Source of the DNA: Candidatus Poseidoniaceae archaeon
GTDB lineage: Archaea > Thermoplasmatota > Poseidoniia > Poseidoniales > Poseidoniaceae
Direction of reading: 5' to 3'
NCBI GenBank assembly: GCA_030747785.1
Contig: JASLKC010000024.1
Span: 6,235 to 70,234 of the forward strand
DNA: 64,000 bases
Part shown: positions 58,588 through 64,000 of the stretch, in pieces
How positions within the stretch are numbered: position 1 is the first letter of the stretch
Layout: every line of letters starts with the position of its first letter
Made by a program: the position numbers and the translations under genes
Notes under the pieces: generated by a model
What the model was told of the DNA's origin: nothing
Database searches by the model: none
The model's input: only the letters and a program-made list of their open reading frames with translations

Positions 58588-58887
58588 TTACTCGAATGCT
58601 GTGAAGGCACTTGCCACTCTGGCTTTGCGTGATAATTCAGCCTTGCGCGACGCCTCAGCAGTTCTTCGGGCTTTCAGTTCAGTCTTCATTCCTGGGCATG
58701 CAACAAGGCATACTACAATTCCAAGGACTGCACCTGTGAGAAGGGAAAGCCAAAGGGTGAATCCAAGCACAAGGCTATTTGCAACTCCTGCTGCTAACCC
58801 TATCGCCAACCCTATGCCCAAGGGCTTCTCAACTACCTTGAGAAGAGTGGCGCTACCATGGATGACTTCACGCAGTGGCTTTGTCAT
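58588..58887 (-). CDS. Small two-TM membrane protein
   Basis: Two hydrophobic segments and a basic tail; TTTAT element 31 nt upstream. Confidence 0.6.
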   Translation of the reverse strand: MTKPLREVIHGSATLLKVVEKPLGIGLAIGLAAGVANSLVLGFTLWLSLLTGAVLGIVVCLVACPGMKTELKARRTAEASRKAELSRKARVASAFTAFE

Positions 58888-59059
58888 TTAACGACCAGTT
58901 CTAAAGACGGTAGATAAACAACACCCCGTCGCGCATCTCAGCAGAATACTTTCAATTTATTACCGGAAAGAGGCGGATTGCCGATTTTCAGGTGTAGGCG
59001 CTGAACATATTGCAGTGTTGACCGGTTGGTTGATGAAGGGCAGGGCATCGCCACGAATT

Positions 59060-60736
59060 ATGTCCCGGGAACTCATTCGCGTGGAAGGCGTCGACCGCGC
59101 CTTCGGTCCTGTTACCGTTCTGGAGGACATCAACCTCATTGTGAACGAGGGTGACCGTATTGGAATCGTTGGACATAACGGCTCTGGAAAAACAACTCTA
59201 CTCAACACTATTTCTGAGCAAAAGCAAGATGTTGGAGACATAGAATTTGCTTCGGGAATAAGAATTGCATATCTAACTCAAATTCGAGATATTGAAGAAG
59301 ATTCCACTATCGAAGAAGAATTGGGGCGCAGGGGGCGTCAATTCCAAGAATTGGAAGAAGAAATATCTTCGATTGAAACTCAAATGATTGAACCTTCATT
59401 CTATGAAGGTAATTGGCAACCAGTGATGGAAAGATATTCTGAACTTCAACAAATGCTTGGTGAATCTGGTGGAGCAAATGTCGCGGGGATCGCTAAAGCC
59501 ATCCTTGAGAAACTTGGTCTCGACCAACATCCAATGGATATGAAAGTCAATAAATTAAGTGGAGGAGAGCGTGCTAAACTTGCTCTTGCAAGGCAACTAG
59601 TCGGGCTTGCAGGTGTAGATGTTATCTTCCTCGACGAGCCTACTAACCACCTTGATATTCAGACTACTGAATGGCTAGAGAGTTTCATCAATGAATTCGT
59701 AGGAGCACAGTTAATCGTTTCACACGATCGCTATTTCCTCGACCAAGTCTGTACACGAATTGTAGAAATTGACAATCTCAGAAACTGGAACTATAATGGA
59801 AACTACACCCATTTCCTCAAACAAAAAGGAAATTTCCTTGCGGCTCTTGATGATAAAATCAAGAATACCGAGAAGAAAATCGCCCATACAATGGCAGCTC
59901 TACGTTCGATGAAGAGCGCTAATAAATTCGATAAATCAATTTCTGCAAAACACAAGATGATAGAGAGAATGCAACAGGAACTCAAGGCATTGAAGGGTCG
60001 TAAACCAAAGCAGCGCAAAGGATTGCGTTTCAGCCTTGAAGCAGCAGATAAATCTAGTAATGACATCATTCAGTTCTTGGGTGCATCAAAGCGCTTCGAA
60101 GGAATGGTTCGACCAATTCTCGATTCGCAAGATATGGAGATTAGTAAGGGTGATAGAATCGGAATTGTAGGTGGAAACGGCCAAGGGAAAACCACTCTAC
60201 TCAAGTTGATTACTGGAGATGAGAAAATCGATGAAGGTTCTCGTGATTTAGCACCTGGTGCAATCATTGGATACTATCACCAAGACCATCGAACTCTAGA
60301 CTTCAAACTCAATCCTGTCGAACAAGTTGAGGCTCTTCGCCCCGACATGCAATACGGTGATATCCGTGCCGCACTGGGGAGATTCCAATTCTCCAGTGAC
60401 CAAGTCAAGACCCCTCTCGGCAAATTGAGCGGTGGAGAGCGAGCGAGAATTGCTCTTCTCAAACTCCTACTCGAAGAGAATAATATGCTTCTTCTCGATG
60501 AGCCAACCAATCATCTGGATATGGATGCAAAAGAAACTCTCGAAGAAGCATTGTCCGAATATGATGGTGCGGTTGTTACCGTTAGTCACGACCGATGGTT
60601 CCTCGATCAAATCGTAACTCAAATCTGGGAATTACAAGATGGGATTGTTACCAAGTACTACGGTAATTACACCGACTATATTCGCAAAAAGAAGGGTCTA
60701 CCTGCATTGGTAGACGGCGAAGAACCAGTCATGTGA
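59060..60736 (+). CDS. ABC-F family ATPase
   Basis: Two ABC domains (GHNGSGKT, GGNGQGKT; LSGGE twice; LDEPTNHLD twice; SHDR twice), no TM segments. Confidence 0.93.
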   Translation: MSRELIRVEGVDRAFGPVTVLEDINLIVNEGDRIGIVGHNGSGKTTLLNTISEQKQDVGDIEFASGIRIAYLTQIRDIEEDSTIEEELGRRGRQFQELEEEISSIETQMIEPSFYEGNWQPVMERYSELQQMLGESGGANVAGIAKAILEKLGLDQHPMDMKVNKLSGGERAKLALARQLVGLAGVDVIFLDEPTNHLDIQTTEWLESFINEFVGAQLIVSHDRYFLDQVCTRIVEIDNLRNWNYNGNYTHFLKQKGNFLAALDDKIKNTEKKIAHTMAALRSMKSANKFDKSISAKHKMIERMQQELKALKGRKPKQRKGLRFSLEAADKSSNDIIQFLGASKRFEGMVRPILDSQDMEISKGDRIGIVGGNGQGKTTLLKLITGDEKIDEGSRDLAPGAIIGYYHQDHRTLDFKLNPVEQVEALRPDMQYGDIRAALGRFQFSSDQVKTPLGKLSGGERARIALLKLLLEENNMLLLDEPTNHLDMDAKETLEEALSEYDGAVVTVSHDRWFLDQIVTQIWELQDGIVTKYYGNYTDYIRKKKGLPALVDGEEPVM

Positions 60737-62123
60737 GCGCTTTGGAAAGATAAGGTGGCAAATCCTCAGCTACCATTCCGGGGCCTAATTCTTCACCGGC
60801 ATTTTCACCAGCAACCCGCATCAAATAGACTCCAAGTCTACTTGCAGCCCACGGAGAAAGTCCCAGTCCTAACAGACCACCAATACAGCCTGCGAGTAAG
60901 TCGCCAGTTCCGCCCATTGCCATACGCGGATTTCCACCACTCGCAATTCCTCCGCGCCCGGCTGCTCCGACTATGATGTCCTTTGCACCAGTCCGAACCA
61001 CGACACGGGTCTCACCCCCTCCGAGCAATAGAGATGGTATCGAATCGATATCGCCAATCCAATTCTCTAACTCAACCTGATGGGGTGTTACAACTCCAAC
61101 CAATTGCTCAGGCCAGCCCTCAAGTGCCCTAATTGCATCAGCATCGATAACCTTTGGAATCGAAGGAGTGGCTTCGATAATCATCTTCACAGCCTCAAGA
61201 CTCACGGGGTCATGCCCCATCCCTGGTCCAATCACAAGTGCTTGCACTCCCCTTCCGGTTAGGCAGCGTTTGACAATCGAGGAAGGGTCTGAGATTATGT
61301 CGGCATCACTCATCTGTTCTGGAATCAATTCGCTTGGCCATTTTGCCCGTGCACTTGCATTACTCGGCATGGCCACATGTACTAGGTCAACGCCCATTCG
61401 GGCTGCAGCCATTCCTGCTAGAATTGGAGCTCCATGAAACGGTCCTCCTCCAACGATTAGAACGCGGCCACGATCGCCTTTGACTTGCCCGGGTTTGGGC
61501 ATTGGGTAACGTAGTAAATCCCCCGGCCCAGGGTCTAGTGTCTCTTCAGGCCAACCAAGGGGAGCAATGAATAGGTCTCCGACCTCAGGTAATAAGCGAC
61601 TTTCTGAATCGACCATATTGGATTTTGGTGCTTCGAAAGTCACCGTACGGAATGCATTGAATGATACTCCGGAGCCGCACCCTGTTGGCATATCGCATGC
61701 TAGTACCATTGGACGTCCGGGTAATGCTTCCATCAAACGAAGGACCTCGCCTCTTGGCTTACCTGATGCTCCCGCTCCAAGTAAGCAATCTACAATCACA
61801 GCAGGCGCTTGTTCTGGAAAAGAATCTACTGTGTGGATTTCTCTTTTGCAATCCTCTCTAGCACGCTGTGCGAGTTGGGTTTTTTGTTTGGCATGAGTAG
61901 CAATAACTGCGCAGTCTTCGAGCATTTCAGCAAGGCGAAAACCGTCCCCTCCATTATTGCCCGGACCGCAAAGAATCCAGATTGGAGTTGGGGCTCCTTC
62001 GAGCGCTTCTGCTAAATGAGTGGCTGCGGATAACATCAACTCATCCATGTCAACTCCGAGTGCTTCGGCATTGGCATCGAGCACGGCGACCTCGTCTGGA
62101 GTGAGAATCCAACGGGGGCGCAT
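60729..62123 (-). CDS. nnr: Bifunctional NAD(P)H-hydrate epimerase/dehydratase (YjeF)
   Basis: CGPGNNGGDG, DCLLGAG, DMPTG, KGDRG, GPGMG, IDADA, TPH..E, GGTGDLLAG. Confidence 0.92.
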   Translation of the reverse strand: MRPRWILTPDEVAVLDANAEALGVDMDELMLSAATHLAEALEGAPTPIWILCGPGNNGGDGFRLAEMLEDCAVIATHAKQKTQLAQRAREDCKREIHTVDSFPEQAPAVIVDCLLGAGASGKPRGEVLRLMEALPGRPMVLACDMPTGCGSGVSFNAFRTVTFEAPKSNMVDSESRLLPEVGDLFIAPLGWPEETLDPGPGDLLRYPMPKPGQVKGDRGRVLIVGGGPFHGAPILAGMAAARMGVDLVHVAMPSNASARAKWPSELIPEQMSDADIISDPSSIVKRCLTGRGVQALVIGPGMGHDPVSLEAVKMIIEATPSIPKVIDADAIRALEGWPEQLVGVVTPHQVELENWIGDIDSIPSLLLGGGETRVVVRTGAKDIIVGAAGRGGIASGGNPRMAMGGTGDLLAGCIGGLLGLGLSPWAASRLGVYLMRVAGENAGEELGPGMVAEDLPPYLSKALT

Positions 62124-62180
62124 GAAGGTGGCACTGCCATCAAAGCCTTTCATTGAAGCGGTATGGTGATGAATGTCCCT

Positions 62181-62197
62181 ATGCTCCGTAGGAGCAT
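62181..62197. promoter_or_regulatory. Triloop hairpin ATGCTCC-GTA-GGAGCAT overlapping the icmF start
   Basis: Perfect 7-bp inverted repeat; its 3' arm contains the A and T of ATG 62196. Confidence 0.55.
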
Positions 62198-64000
62198 GTC
62201 CGATGAGGCACCGGTGTTTGAAACAACCACCGGTCCGGTACGTGTTATTACTGCTGCAAGCCTATTCGATGGCCATGATGCTGCAATCAATGTAATGCGC
62301 CGATTAATTCAGACCAGTGGTGCGGAAGTAATCCACCTCGGTCACGACCGCTCAGCCAAAGATGTAGTCGATTGTGCAGTCCAAGAAGATGCTCATGCTG
62401 TAGCACTTACCAGTTATCAAGGCGGGCACATGGAGTACTTCACCTACATTCGAGAACTCCTCGATGAAGCAGGCTGCGAGCATGTTCGTATATTCGGGGG
62501 TGGCGGTGGCACAATCACTCCTCCTGAAATTCGTGATCTGCATGCAAGCGGAATTTCTCGTATCTATTCACCCGATGATGGGCGCTCCATGGGTCTCATG
62601 GGAATGATTCACGACCTAATGGGAACTGCATCCGAAGTTGATTTGATTGCAGAGCAAAGAATGTCTAGTCTAGATGGTCCCATCTCTGCCGATGAGATGG
62701 CAAAGGTGGGATTGTTGCTCACACTTTCAGAATGTTCTTCCAAGGAAGAATTCTCCTCTACACTCGATAGGTGTAGGTCGAGCGATTCCGATGCCCCAGT
62801 CATCGGATTTACCGGCACTGGTGGTGCTGGAAAAAGCAGTTTGCTCGACGAATTGATGTTGAGGGTTCTTCGTGATAATCCGGACAAGAAAATTTGCTTG
62901 CTATGTGTAGACCCAACTCGAAAGCGAACTGGTGGCGCTCTTCTTGGTGACAGAATTAGAATGAATTCTCTTTCGAATAACAACCTCTACATGCGCTCGA
63001 TTGCAAGTCGTGGTAGTGGTTCTGAAATAAGTGCAAACTTAGACCGAGCAATCGAAGTTGCAAAAGCGGTTGGTTTCGACCTCATATTCTGTGAAACTAG
63101 TGGAATCGGCCAAGGTAGCGATGCGATTACCAGCGTCGCTGACCGCTCGCTATACGTAATGACCGCCGAGTTTGGCGCTCATACTCAGCTAGAGAAAATC
63201 GAGATGTTAGATGTCGCAGACCTCATCGTTCTCAACAAGTATGAGAAGAGAGGAAGTGAAGATGCACTTCGTGCGATTCGCAAGCAGGTTAGACGTAATC
63301 GCAACATGTTTGAAGGCGAAGATGAGGCCCTACCTGTAGTTGCGACAATCGCTAGTCAATTCGCTGACCCTGGAGTAGATGTTCTTTGGAAGAAACTGTC
63401 AGCCATGGTAGGATTCAATGCTAGTGAACCACTTGGTTCGATAGGAGAACGCAAAGGTGTAATCCCACCTGAGCGGGTCCACTATCTCTCAGAGATTGCC
63501 TCTACAATTCGTGACTATCATTCATCGAGTGAAGAAGTCGCTGCGAAGTTGCGGTTGGTTCAGCATCTCGAAACTGCTTCTCGTGAAGTTCCTTCGACCG
63601 CTGGAGATTTGGCAGATCAAATCAAAACAATCCTTGGAGAAGTCGACAGTGCACGCAAATCTGTAGAAGAATTCCGAACTCTGGCTGAACAATATGCCAG
63701 TGGAGAATACACTTACCATGTAAGAGGAAAGCCATTCAAGGTCGATACCAAGACCGAGAGTTTGTCACACCAAATGATTCCAAGGGTGGCTCTTCCAACA
63801 ATGAATGACGATGGCGCGCTCTACTCATGGATTTGCCGAGAAAATGCACCTGGTTACTTTCCCTTCACCGCTGGCGTATTTCCATTCAAACGTACTGATG
63901 AACTCAGTGCCAGAATGTTTGCCGGAGAAGGCGAAGGGGAGAGAACAAACCGCAGATTCCATCTCTTGAGCCATGGCCAAGATTACGTTCGACTTTCTAC
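62196..64000 (+). CDS. icmF: Fused isobutyryl-CoA mutase / MeaB-like GTPase (IcmF), 5' part only
   Basis: Manual translation: TAASLFDGHDAAINVMRR (B12-binding DxHxx), TGTGGAGKSS, DPT..GGALLGDRIRM, ETSGIGQ, NK, PGYFPFTAGVFPFKR..RMFAGEG. Runs off the window and is absent from the ORF track. Confidence 0.93.
   Translation, partial: MSDEAPVFETTTGPVRVITAASLFDGHDAAINVMRRLIQTSGAEVIHLGHDRSAKDVVDCAVQEDAHAVALTSYQGGHMEYFTYIRELLDEAGCEHVRIFGGGGGTITPPEIRDLHASGISRIYSPDDGRSMGLMGMIHDLMGTASEVDLIAEQRMSSLDGPISADEMAKVGLLLTLSECSSKEEFSSTLDRCRSSDSDAPVIGFTGTGGAGKSSLLDELMLRVLRDNPDKKICLLCVDPTRKRTGGALLGDRIRMNSLSNNNLYMRSIASRGSGSEISANLDRAIEVAKAVGFDLIFCETSGIGQGSDAITSVADRSLYVMTAEFGAHTQLEKIEMLDVADLIVLNKYEKRGSEDALRAIRKQVRRNRNMFEGEDEALPVVATIASQFADPGVDVLWKKLSAMVGFNASEPLGSIGERKGVIPPERVHYLSEIASTIRDYHSSSEEVAAKLRLVQHLETASREVPSTAGDLADQIKTILGEVDSARKSVEEFRTLAEQYASGEYTYHVRGKPFKVDTKTESLSHQMIPRVALPTMNDDGALYSWICRENAPGYFPFTAGVFPFKRTDELSARMFAGEGEGERTNRRFHLLSHGQDYVRLS

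Noticed and set aside
58888-59059. Longest intergenic gap, examined for tRNA/ncRNA
   Set aside because: No cloverleaf, T-loop motif or convincing stem found by eye; explained by divergent promoters.
14834-60736. Tail-to-tail gene overlaps (14834-14848, 19726-19741, 44755-44761, 60729-60736)
   Set aside because: Expected in a streamlined genome; no sign of a specific antisense system.
12572-62138. Weaker 4-bp-stem triloop palindromes (near 12572, 40499, 55844, 62129)
   Set aside because: Too short to distinguish from chance without statistics; excluded from the hairpin count.
1406-62197. Hairpins interpreted as REP/MITE elements or CRISPR repeats
   Set aside because: Stems are not sequence-identical, they are single and unclustered, and no transposase or cas gene is present.
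62352-63719. Short ORFs listed at the right edge
   Set aside because: Shadows or alternative frames of icmF.

Overview
Gene-dense archaeal chromosomal segment (TBP, NMD3, Csl4, SepF, COG1031 radical SAM) with many bacterial-type genes and large membrane-anchored surface proteins. This profile best fits Marine Group II Euryarchaeota (Ca. Poseidoniales); the taxonomy is inferred. About 43 CDS cover aminoacyl-tRNA synthetases (ileS, cysS), mevalonate genes (mvk, HMG-CoA synthase), a cysD/cysNC/DHH sulfate-activation module, glmS and PGI/PMI, a ccmA(B)-ccmC-ccmD cassette, fatty-acid catabolism (FadF-like, acyl-CoA ligase, IcmF) and proteases (S8, S15, rhomboid, M23). Three genes are missing from the supplied ORF track: a reelin-like surface protein at the left edge, a 48-aa CcmD-like gene, and icmF at the right edge. 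No tRNA, rRNA, CRISPR array or mobile element was recognised. The most striking unexplained signals are non-coding. (i) Eleven perfect 6-8 bp hairpins with different stem sequences but the same C-[G/A]NA-G three-base loop sit at or near gene starts. (ii) A TT(G/C)AA element lies 28-32 nt upstream of many start codons, where a TATA box is expected. (iii) The TBP gene carries an insertion of about 25 aa. Among proteins, a Csl4-RRM-RRM fusion and a shared cytoplasmic GPPLPxGGLPEGWTMEQWxxYG tail stand out.
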